DNA of 14,460 nucleotides from Acidobacteriota bacterium (GCA_036507075.1 DASXQR010000106.1:1-14460); one strand, 5' to 3'. Counted from the stretch's first letter, positions 1-7,156 are shown. Notes: generated by a model not told the origin, from the sequence alone. Translations and numbers: made by a program.

Positions 1-92
1 ACCCCGCTGAAATGTAGATAATTTTGTAGATGTAATTCCCTCCAGTTTCAACAAGGGGAGCGTTGCCGACTGCTGCAAACCCTTGCAAACAT

Positions 93-169
93 TGGTCGGG
101 GCGGGCAGATTTGAACTGCCGACCCCCTGCGCCCAAGGCAGGTGCGCTACCAGGCTGCGCTACGCCCCG
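93..169 (-). tRNA. tRNA-Pro (anticodon TGG)
   Basis: Reverse complement reads CGGGGCGTAGCGCAGCCTGGTAGCGCACCTGCCTTGGGCGCAGGGGGTCGGCAGTTCAAATCTGCCCGCCCCGACCA (77 nt): cloverleaf, anticodon arm CCTGC-CT TGG GC-GCAGG, T-loop TTCAAAT, encoded CCA. Confidence 0.97.
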
Positions 170-183
170 ATTGGAAACGATTG

Positions 184-189
184 ATTATA
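184..189 (-). promoter_or_regulatory. Putative -10 box (TATAAT) of the tRNA-Pro promoter
   Basis: Perfect TATAAT on the minus strand 14 nt upstream of the tRNA 5' end. The -35 position (207-212, TTCCGC) is a poor match and falls in the adjacent repeat arm. Confidence 0.5.
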
Positions 190-202
190 GAAGATTGTTG
201 GG

Positions 203-486
203 GAAGGCGGAAAGCTGGAAGGCGGAAGGCAGAAAGCAGAAGGCAGGAGGCAGGAGGCAGGAAGCAGGAGGCAGGAGGCGGGAAGCAGCATCAGTTTGGT
301 GGTGTTTTGGAAATGGAGGGTCCGCTTCTCCTGCCTCCTGCCTCCTGCCTTCTGCCTCCTGCCTCCTGTTTCTGCCTTCTGCTTCCTGCCTTCTGCTTCC
401 TGCTTCCTGCTTCCTGCTTCCTGCTTCCTGCCTTCTGCCTTCTGCTTTCTGCCTTCCGCTTTCTGGCTTTCCGGCTTCCGGCATTC
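203..486. repeat. Palindromic heptamer-array element 1: (RGGCAGR-like)n - spacer - (YCTGCCY-like)n
   Basis: Left arm ~203-288 of AGGCAGG/AGGCAGA/AAGCAGG units, unique spacer ~289-327, right arm ~328-486 of reverse-complement units. GCGGAAGGCAGAAAGCAGAAGGCAG in the left arm has an exact reverse complement in the right arm. Confidence 0.92.
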
Positions 487-513
487 GGCGGGTCTTGTGA
501 TATCGTTTAGGTC

Positions 514-1287
514 ATGCGTCCGGATAGAAGGGCTGCCGATCAATTGCGGCCGATTCGTATGGAGATTGACTTTATCAAGCATGCCGAAGGGTCCTGCCTG
601 GTGACTACCGGGGATACCAAGGTCGTCTGCACGGCCAGCGTGGAAGAAAAAGTCCCGCTGCATCAGAAGGGGACCGGCAAGGGATGGGTCAGCTCCGAGT
701 ACGGGATGCTTCCGCGGTCGACCGGTACGCGCATGGTGCGAGAGATTAATAAAGGAAGGCCTTCCGGGCGCACGCAGGAAATTCAGCGGCTCATCGGTCG
801 CGCTTTGCGGGCTGTTACCCGGCTCGAGCTGCTGGGCGAGCGCACCGTTTGGGTCGATTGTGACGTGATACAAGCCGACGGCGGCACCCGCACCGCCTCC
901 ATCACCGGCTCTTTTGTCGCTCTGGCCCTGGCCTTTCAAAAACTGGTGGAGACCCGGCATGCGCCGCAGGTTCCTCTGGTCGATTTTGTCGCCGCTACAA
1001 GCGTCGGAATTGTCAACGCTACGCCCTGCCTTGACCTCAGTTACCCGGAAGATTCCACCGCCGAAGTGGACATGAACGTTGTGATGACCGGCCGTGGTCT
1101 GTTTGTGGAAATCCAGGGAACCGCGGAGAAAACCGCCTTCAATGAGACTCAACTGCAGCAGCTCCTGGCGCTGGCGCGCAAGGGAATCCGCGAGCTCATC
1201 CAGGTCCAGGAAGAAGCACTGCGCAACAGGGTCGATCTTAGCTTCGTGCGCGATCCTTTCGCGGCTATTAACAGTCGCAGGCTGTAA
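514..1287 (+). CDS. rph: Ribonuclease PH
   Basis: 257 aa. [13 protein letters not shown] start, [39 protein letters not shown] and [18 protein letters not shown] are RNase PH signatures. Confidence 0.98.
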   Translation: MRPDRRAADQLRPIRMEIDFIKHAEGSCLVTTGDTKVVCTASVEEKVPLHQKGTGKGWVSSEYGMLPRSTGTRMVREINKGRPSGRTQEIQRLIGRALRAVTRLELLGERTVWVDCDVIQADGGTRTASITGSFVALALAFQKLVETRHAPQVPLVDFVAATSVGIVNATPCLDLSYPEDSTAEVDMNVVMTGRGLFVEIQGTAEKTAFNETQLQQLLALARKGIRELIQVQEEALRNRVDLSFVRDPFAAINSRRL

Positions 1288-1544
1288 AGGCCGGAAGGCG
1301 GAAGGCAGGAAGCAGGAGGCAGGAAGCAGGAGGCAGGAGGCAGGAGGCAGGAGGCGGGATGGAGCGCCGGCGTGGGGTGTTGTTTGGAACATGGGGGGTC
1401 CGCTTACTTACGCGCGCGGTTCTGTCAGTGGTGAATCGAAATCTGCCTTCCGCCTTCTGCCTCCTGCGTCCTACCTCCTGCTTCCTGCCTTCCGCCTTCT
1501 GCTTTCCGCTTTCTGCCTTCCGCGTTCTGCCTGCTGCTTTCCGC
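1288..1544. repeat. Palindromic heptamer-array element 2 (same family as element 1)
   Basis: Left arm ~1288-1358, spacer ~1359-1441, right arm ~1442-1544. GAAGGCGGAAGGCAGGAAGCAGGAG has an exact reverse complement in the right arm. The spacer is homologous to that of element 1. Confidence 0.92.
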
Positions 1545-1580
1545 GGTGATAAGATAGATGCGTAAACTGGTGTAGCTACG

Positions 1581-3086
1581 TTGAAACGCATCTTTATTCC
1601 CGCGCTCTTTCTGTTGTTTGCCGCTGTTTGGTTTTCCTTCGGCCAGGACCTGCAGTTTTTCAGCGAAAACAAGCGCAGCAATATCGAGCCGCGCGAGCAC
1701 AACCATGCCGACTATTACTCGCTGCGCGATGTGGCCGCTATCTTCAGCCTTGCACGCGAGGAGCGCAGCCCGCAGGAATTTGTCCTGCGCGGTCCCAAAG
1801 GAAGCGTCTTCTTTTTCCGCGACCGCGCCGAAATCCGCGTCAATGGCGAAATGGTGAGCCTGAACCGGCCCGTGTGGCGGCGCAAGGACGAGCACTGGTA
1901 CGTCACCTCGGATTTCTTTGACAAGGCGCTGCCGCGAATCATAGGCGTGCAGTTGGTGCGCAGATCGGCCACCAGCTTCGAGCTGCAAGCGCCCGCCCCC
2001 CCTCCGGAAGTGCGCGCGCAGCTTCGCATTCAGACTGCAGTCTCACCCGATCATGTGCGGCTGATCCTGGAGCCCTCGCAAGCGGCCGACTTCCAGGTGC
2101 GGGATGCGGGCAGTGCCGTTGAGATATCCTCTGCAACCAGGTTTGCGGCCCCGTCGGTTCCCACTCTTCCCAACCAGCCTTTTGTGGGACGAATTTCCTA
2201 CGATGCTGCCAAAGGGATGCTGCGCGTGGAGAAGGGGCCGAATTTCCAGAGCCGGCGCGAACAGACGCTGGAGAACCCGCCGCGCAAGGTAGTCGATTTC
2301 TATGGCCCGCCCGCCGTTCCCGAAACGCTTCCGCCGCCGCCAACTTCGGAAGTTCCAGTGCTGCCGCCCATCGGCGTTACTCCGGATATCCCCGCAGTCC
2401 AGGCTAAAAAATTCGTGCGGCGGCCCAACAGAAATGTAATTGTACTGGACAGCGGTCACGGCGGATCCGATCTGGGTGTTCATCCCACCACCGAGCTGAT
2501 GGAGAAGAATCTGACTCTGGTACTGGCCCAGAATATCAAGGCCGCCATTGAAGCGGCCGGTACGTACCGGGTCGTGATTACCCGTCAAGGAGACACCTTG
2601 ATGCCGATCCTCCATCGTACCGCGATTGCAAACTCGTTTCAGGCGGAAGCCTTCGTGAGCCTTCATTTCGGAGGTTCCTACGATACACAATTGCGCGGCC
2701 CGCGAGTCTACTTCTACCAGGAAAGGTTGCAGTCGCCGGCCGCAAGTCAGCCTGCTGCCGAACAGGGTCAGGAGCAGACCCAGGCGGTTGCTGCGCCCCT
2801 GGGACTGAAGCCCTGGCGCTCGGCCCAGGCATCGTTCGCGCCGCGCAGTCGTCTGCTGGCAGAACGCCTGCAGTTAAAATTGAACGAAGTCTTTGGAAGA
2901 TCCGATGCACAGCCCGGAACGAATCAGTTTCTGGTGCTGCAGGGCTCGATTTCGCCGGCGGTCATTTTGGAGGCCGGATATCTGAGCAATCCCGATGAGG
3001 CAAAGTTTCTGGCTGAACCGAAGAACATGAAGGCGGTGGCGGGCGTTATTGCGACAGGAATTCTCGATTTTCTAGGTACAAAATGA
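1581..3086 (+). CDS. Secreted N-acetylmuramoyl-L-alanine amidase (Amidase_3, AmiA/B/C-like)
   Basis: N-terminal signal peptide (MKRIFIPALFLLFAAVWFSFG) and Pro-rich linker. C-terminal catalytic domain has IVLDSGHGG, EKNLTL, R-AIAN, FVSLH and ILEAGYLSNPDE, so the Zn ligands H/E/H and the catalytic E are present. TTG start. Confidence 0.9.
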   Translation: MKRIFIPALFLLFAAVWFSFGQDLQFFSENKRSNIEPREHNHADYYSLRDVAAIFSLAREERSPQEFVLRGPKGSVFFFRDRAEIRVNGEMVSLNRPVWRRKDEHWYVTSDFFDKALPRIIGVQLVRRSATSFELQAPAPPPEVRAQLRIQTAVSPDHVRLILEPSQAADFQVRDAGSAVEISSATRFAAPSVPTLPNQPFVGRISYDAAKGMLRVEKGPNFQSRREQTLENPPRKVVDFYGPPAVPETLPPPPTSEVPVLPPIGVTPDIPAVQAKKFVRRPNRNVIVLDSGHGGSDLGVHPTTELMEKNLTLVLAQNIKAAIEAAGTYRVVITRQGDTLMPILHRTAIANSFQAEAFVSLHFGGSYDTQLRGPRVYFYQERLQSPAASQPAAEQGQEQTQAVAAPLGLKPWRSAQASFAPRSRLLAERLQLKLNEVFGRSDAQPGTNQFLVLQGSISPAVILEAGYLSNPDEAKFLAEPKNMKAVAGVIATGILDFLGTK

Positions 3087-3754
3087 GCGACCAAATGGAA
3101 CAGCAGCCTGAAAGCGAAACGTACTTCCCCGGCACCGAGCCGCAACCGTCCGACGTTGAGCGTCCCACGGACCGCCCGTTCTACTCGTATTCGAGGCATA
3201 CCATCTGGATTCTACTGCTTTGTCTGTTGGGTGTTGTGGTCGCTGGAACTTTATTCTGGAGAGAGCGTCAAAGGCTGGCCGGCGAGAGCAAAGCCGCAGG
3301 CGACATCAATATGGAGCGCGAAGAATTGGCGGGCGCCAACCTGGGAAGGATTTCCTCAAAGGTTTATTTTCTGGGAACGGCCGGTCATACGCTGCAGCCT
3401 TTGCCGCGCCAGATATTTGCGGCGCGCGCTCCCGAAGTGCGCGCGCGCCAGTTGGTCCAGGCGTTGATTGAAGGCCCGTTGGAAGGGGAGTCTCAGAACA
3501 TGCTGCCTGTCCTCCCGAAACAAACAAAGATCCGCCAGATTTTTATGCTGAAAGACGGCACCATGATCGTCGACCTGTCCGAAGAGGTGGTTAATCTGCT
3601 GCCGGGCGGAATTGACAGCGAAGTGACCGCGATGGAATCAATCGAGCGCACGCTGCTGGAGAACGAAAAAGCGATCAAAGCGGTGCGGTTTTTGATCAAC
3701 GGCAAAGATACCGAGACGTTTGCCGGGCATATAGCGGTTCAAGTGACCGGTTGA
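3083..3754 (+). CDS. GerMN-domain membrane-anchored protein
   Basis: Single TM segment, then VYF, LVQALIEGP, LP--TKI, VDLS, SIERTL and VRFLINGK...TFAGH, typical of GerMN. ATGA overlap with the amidase stop implies translational coupling. Confidence 0.85.
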   Translation: MSDQMEQQPESETYFPGTEPQPSDVERPTDRPFYSYSRHTIWILLLCLLGVVVAGTLFWRERQRLAGESKAAGDINMEREELAGANLGRISSKVYFLGTAGHTLQPLPRQIFAARAPEVRARQLVQALIEGPLEGESQNMLPVLPKQTKIRQIFMLKDGTMIVDLSEEVVNLLPGGIDSEVTAMESIERTLLENEKAIKAVRFLINGKDTETFAGHIAVQVTG

Positions 3755-4051
3755 CAGGGGCAAGAATAACCAGTTGTGCGTGGTCCGTTGTCCGTGGTCA
3801 GTGGTCCGTTGTCAGTTGCTTGTGGCCAGTGGTCCGTGGAATGCAGAATGTGGAATGCGGAATGTGGAATGGAGAATGCGGAATCTGGAATGCGGAACGT
3901 GGAATGTTTTCACAGGGAATTTGAAGTGAGCCTTCGGGATTTCACTTCGACGTATTCCGCATTCCGCATTCCGAAATCCGCATTATTATGGGAGCAACGG
4001 ACAACTGACAACGGACAACACGCCAAACTGGTTATTCTTGCTCCTGTCAAC
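3750..4051. repeat. Nested palindromic element 3 (unique 26-bp IR > GTCMGTK array > GGAATGY array > central hairpin)
   Basis: 3750-3775 GTTGACAGGGGCAAGAATAACCAGTT matches the reverse complement of 4026-4051 at 25/26. GTCCGTT/GTCAGTG units ~3783-3838 mirror ~3995-4020. GGAATGC/GGAATGT units ~3838-3906 mirror ~3954-3984. Central stem-loop at 3921-3950. Confidence 0.92.
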
Positions 4052-4064
4052 TTGTAACTTGTAC

Positions 4065-4163
4065 GGAGGTGCTTTCGGGCTGGTGTCCGGCACGGTCTTC
4101 AAAACCGTTGGGTCGGCGCGAGAGCGTCCGATTGGTGGGTTCGATTCCCATGCGCCTCCGCCA
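4065..4163 (+). tRNA. selC: tRNA-Sec (anticodon TCA)
   Basis: 99 nt. 8-bp acceptor stem GGAGGTGC/GCGCCTCC, 6-bp D-stem with 4-nt loop (TCGGGC-TGGT-GTCCGG), anticodon arm ACGGT-CT TCA AA-ACCGT, long variable arm, 5-bp T-stem GTGGG-TTCGATT-CCCAT, G discriminator and CCA. This is the bacterial 8/5 tRNA-Sec fold. Confidence 0.97.
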
Positions 4164-4219
4164 GACCTCCCTGGTTTTCCGAGGCAGACCTTCCGGAGGC
4201 ATGGGGTCCTCCACCTGCA

Positions 4220-4283
4220 CTTTGTGTCTTTTGTGTCTTTGTGGTGATTCTTCTTTGACCACAAAGGCACAAAGGGCACAAAG
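4220..4283. repeat. Palindromic 8/9-mer element (CTTTGTG)n-spacer-(CACAAAG)n
   Basis: CTTTGTGTCTTTTGTGTCTTTGTGGT, 12-nt spacer, ACCACAAAGGCACAAAGGGCACAAAG. Confidence 0.85.
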
Positions 4284-4330
4284 AAGGCGTTCCCATTGAG
4301 GGCGAAAAAACTGCTATTCTTGCCTGCAGG

Positions 4331-5491
4331 ATGAAATCCGCTTCCACTCTGTTTGTAGAACCAGAAGACCGGCTGCGCGCGCTGCGCCATTGGGCCGAAG
4401 CGCAGCAGTTCAGCCCGCCATGGTGGTTGCGGCAACCCGACGTACAGACGGCCTGGTACGTGATCCGCGAGATTGCCGCGGCGCTCAAAGACAGGCGCGC
4501 ATCTTCCACACTGGTGTGGGACTACGTTGTGGGACAACACGCAAAGGAAGAGAAGATTTCGCGAAACCCGGAAGGGGTGACGGCAGACGCAGAGGCAAGC
4601 CGCCCGGGGCGCCCGCTTATCAATGAAGAGGTGTTTCCGGTCAACATTCCTTTCGACGACGACGGATACCTGACTGCAATTTTGCACCTCACAGGAGATC
4701 GCCGGCGGCTGGCGATTTTGTTTCACGGGCTGGAAGGAAGCATCGAAGCGACCTACATGCGCGGCGCCAGCCGGGAGTTGCTGCGAAAAGGAATCTCGGT
4801 GCTGCGCGTCAATATGGTCAACTGCGGCGGAAGCGAAGGATGCAGCCGTCGCTTTTATCACGCAGGCTTCACGCTGATGCTCGAAATCGCCGTTCAGTGG
4901 GCTATCACTAACGGGTTCGAGCGTGTGACGATTGTCGGTTTTTCGCTTTCCGCAAACCTGGTCCTCAAATATCTCGGAGGCTCGAATTTTTCCGGTTGTG
5001 CGGAGGTGTGCGGCGGCGTGGCCGTCTGCCCGCCGATTGATCTGGCGCAGGGTGTCGCCCAGATCGACCGGCCGAGGAATGTTTTTTACCGTTACCGCTT
5101 TTTGAAGTCGATGTTAAAGACGCTGGAAAAAAAACAACGGCTGTTTCCGGATCTGTTCCCCGTACCGGTAACCAATGTAAAAACCATTGCCGAATTCGAC
5201 GATCGCTATACTGCCCGAGCCTGTGGCTTTCCAAGCGGCCGCGAGTATTACCGTCGCACCAGCTCTCTTCCATATCTGAACAAAATCGCCCTGCCTACAC
5301 TGCTTCTTCACTCTCAGGACGACATCTTCATTCCTTTTGACGCTTTTCGCCGGTTCGACTGGCAGTGCAATCCCTGTTTGATCACACTTTTCCCGCGCCA
5401 TGGAGGGCATGTCGGCTTTCATTCCTCGGCGCGGGAAAACTGGATGGAACGAAGTATTGCAGAGTTCGCAGAACGACTGACGCATTTCTGA
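4331..5491 (+). CDS. Alpha/beta hydrolase, YheT/ABHD1-3-like esterase
   Basis: PPWWL...VQT near the N-terminus, HGLEGS oxyanion motif, FYHAG, nucleophile elbow GFSLS, EFDDRYTA, SQDD acid and GGHVGF catalytic His. Confidence 0.85.
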   Translation: MKSASTLFVEPEDRLRALRHWAEAQQFSPPWWLRQPDVQTAWYVIREIAAALKDRRASSTLVWDYVVGQHAKEEKISRNPEGVTADAEASRPGRPLINEEVFPVNIPFDDDGYLTAILHLTGDRRRLAILFHGLEGSIEATYMRGASRELLRKGISVLRVNMVNCGGSEGCSRRFYHAGFTLMLEIAVQWAITNGFERVTIVGFSLSANLVLKYLGGSNFSGCAEVCGGVAVCPPIDLAQGVAQIDRPRNVFYRYRFLKSMLKTLEKKQRLFPDLFPVPVTNVKTIAEFDDRYTARACGFPSGREYYRRTSSLPYLNKIALPTLLLHSQDDIFIPFDAFRRFDWQCNPCLITLFPRHGGHVGFHSSARENWMERSIAEFAERLTHF

Positions 5492-5753
5492 AATTAATTC
5501 CACGCCCTTCCTTTTTTTCAGCCAGGCGTCTCGACGTCTTTGCCTCCTGAGACGGCGGGTTTCCGCTTTTGTCGCCGGCGCGTAATTTTTGACGGGCTTG
5601 CTCCAAAAAAATGAAGCGACAAAAAAACATCGCAGACTTCGGCTTTTCAGTCATCTGGAGCCACAAATCCGTTGACCGAGTTTGAACGTATATTCATCGT
5701 AAGAGATTTAATGTCAACTTTTTTGGGCGTTCTGAATCCTTATGGAAGGTTAT

Positions 5754-5769
5754 TGGTACGCGAGTTGCT
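5754..5769 (+). promoter_or_regulatory. Putative sigma-54 (RpoN) -24/-12 promoter
   Basis: TGGTACG-CGAG-TTGCT versus consensus TGGCACG-N4-TTGCW: one mismatch and exact GG-N10-GC spacing. It lies ~38 nt upstream of an ATG with a GGAG RBS. Confidence 0.7.
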
Positions 5770-5806
5770 TTTAAGAGAACGGTTTTGCGAACGGAGAGAA
5801 AAGACA

Positions 5807-5974
5807 ATGTTTTATGACGCGTTGGGGATCCTGTTTCTGGTCCTGATTGGTGCTTTTTTCTTGTTCTTGCCTCTGGCGACCAGCGGGTTGCTGGTTTGGG
5901 GATTCGATCGAGTGCGCACCGTCGTCGATTCCCATCGTCGAGGCCTAACCACTCCTGCAAACACTCAAAGCTAG
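5807..5974 (+). CDS. Small (55 aa) hydrophobic membrane protein of unknown function
   Basis: ATG at 5807 preceded by GGAGAG. MFYDALGILFLVLIGAFFLFLPLATSGLLVWGFDRVR... has a long hydrophobic stretch then a basic tail. Upstream promoter motif and downstream hairpin. The track's longer 5672 start is unlikely. Confidence 0.6.
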   Translation: MFYDALGILFLVLIGAFFLFLPLATSGLLVWGFDRVRTVVDSHRRGLTTPANTQS

Positions 5975-5985
5975 CCCGCCTTGAC

Positions 5986-6029
5986 GAGCAGTGATTTCAC
6001 GGGGTTATTCGTGAGTTCACTGCTCCCAC
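5986..6029. repeat. Stem-loop (REP-like or terminator) after the small ORF
   Basis: GAGCAGTGATTTCACG-GGGTTATT-CGTGAGTTCACTGCTC followed by CCAC. The minus strand begins GTGGGAGC, resembling GTRG-footed REP sequences. Confidence 0.6.
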
Positions 6030-6273
6030 CTTCTTTCAAGGGCGCCGGCGAGTTCTTTTCTACGAGGGTTTCAAAAATTTGATCTGCGGTTCACAATTTT
6101 GTCATGACCAACCTTTCTGTACGAAGGAAATCTCTTGGCTCTCACAACCGGAAACTTTGGTCGCAGGCAGGGCAAAGAACTGCGACATTTAGAGTCACAC
6201 TTCGTCGAGCCGGCAAGTCCGGGTGTAGAAATTGCTTTTCTCAAACCTGCCTTTAGCGATATTTTGGAATCCG

Positions 6274-7098
6274 ATGGGAACTGACAAGATCGTAGATAAG
6301 ATCCAGCAATGGCGCGATCTCAAATCCGAAGGCGTCGATTATCTGGATCTGCCGACGCGCGACCGGGCGGAAAGCCTTGAATTGCTGGATTCATTTCCCA
6401 TCCGTCTTCCCAAGCGTGATTATCAGAAGTTCATCAACGGATTCACCACCGAATACCTGGTCCGGACCCGCCGCCGCGACCTGATCAAGCATTACCTGCT
6501 GTATCGCAGATTTCGAGAGCAGGGATTAATCACTCTGCTGTCGCAGAAATCCGAGACCGAGTGGTTTCTGACTCTGATGTCTGCGGATCACCCTTTCCTG
6601 TTTTCTCAGGTCACAGGTTTGTTGGCCTCCAGAGGAATGGACATCCTGGTGGCGGAAGCGTTCACGCACCGCGACAGTTTTGCGCTCGATCATTTCACTT
6701 TTCTGGACAAGCAGAAGCAACTGCGCAACGAAGACGATCGTAAGAACTTCCAGTCTCTTCTGGAAAGCTATCTGGGAACCGACTCGCTCCCCGAGGACCT
6801 GCTGCCTGCGGAAAAAGAATTCGAACCTTTCGCCGAGGGCGAAGTAACGATCGATCTGATGGATCTGAAGGATCTGAAACAAACGGCGCTCTCCATTGAA
6901 TGCCCGGACCGCCACGGTCTCTTGTTCCGCATCAGTGCCACTCTGTCACGCATGGGAATCGACATAAACTCGGCATTCATCGAAACCAGCGAGAACGTGG
7001 CACACGATCTTTTTCTGGTGACGCAACAGGGAAAACCGCTGCGGGAGAAGGATCACGCCGAACTGGCCGCCGAGCTGAAAGGCCGCCTCACGAGTTGA
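6274..7098 (+). CDS. Stand-alone tandem ACT-domain protein similar to the GlnD C-terminal regulatory region
   Basis: ACT1 DHPFLFSQVTGLLASRGMDILVAEAFT...ALDHF and ACT2 DRHGLLFRISATLSRMGIDINSAFIET...AHDLFLV match the GlnD ACT pair. No nucleotidyltransferase or HD motifs. ATG at 6274 preferred over TTG at 6232. Confidence 0.75.
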   Translation: MGTDKIVDKIQQWRDLKSEGVDYLDLPTRDRAESLELLDSFPIRLPKRDYQKFINGFTTEYLVRTRRRDLIKHYLLYRRFREQGLITLLSQKSETEWFLTLMSADHPFLFSQVTGLLASRGMDILVAEAFTHRDSFALDHFTFLDKQKQLRNEDDRKNFQSLLESYLGTDSLPEDLLPAEKEFEPFAEGEVTIDLMDLKDLKQTALSIECPDRHGLLFRISATLSRMGIDINSAFIETSENVAHDLFLVTQQGKPLREKDHAELAAELKGRLTS

Positions 7099-7100
7099 GA

Positions 7101-7156
7101 CACGAATTAACACGAATTTCACGAATTAACACGAATTCTTTGGGCACGAATTTGTG
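7101..7156. repeat. CACGAATT 9/10-mer tandem array
   Basis: CACGAATT starts at 7101, 7111, 7120, 7130 and 7145, between and overlapping convergent gene ends. Confidence 0.85.

Noticed and set aside
63..604. ORFs 63-500, 142-510, 185-484, 296-604 and 160-1392 with RRQEAG / LLPSAFC repeats
   Set aside because: They are translations of stop-free heptamer arrays, which give the same peptide in all frames, and they overlap tRNA-Pro or rph.
1094..1988. ORFs spanning element 2 (1094-1549, 1268-1702, 1359-1565, 1425-1988)
   Set aside because: Repeat-derived low-complexity or shadow frames overlapping rph and the amidase.
3752..3769. Selenocysteine read-through of the GerMN TGA (hairpin arm follows, selC nearby)
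   Set aside because: Read-through would add only U-Q-G-Q-E, there is no Cys-equivalent motif, and no compact SECIS-like stem is evident. The other TGA-ending genes also look complete.
3776..4057. 93-aa ORF inside the nested palindrome
   Set aside because: The sequence (SVVSGPL, NAECGM, SAFRIP) is a direct read-out of the repeats, with no RBS or recognisable domain.
4163..4217. AGACCT duplicated with weak hairpins just after selC
   Set aside because: Possibly a degenerate REP-like remnant, but too short and imperfect to support from this window alone.
5554..5570. GCGG-GTTT-CCGC-TTTT as terminator of the hydrolase gene
   Set aside because: A stem of only 4-5 bp and a short U-tract; plausible but too weak to call.
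5672..5806. Longer 100-aa version of the small membrane ORF
   Set aside because: The TTG start lacks an RBS and the extension would cover the sigma-54 promoter. ATG 5807 has a GGAG RBS.
4164..7098. Genomic island integrated at selC
   Set aside because: No integrase and no duplicated selC 3' end were seen in the window.
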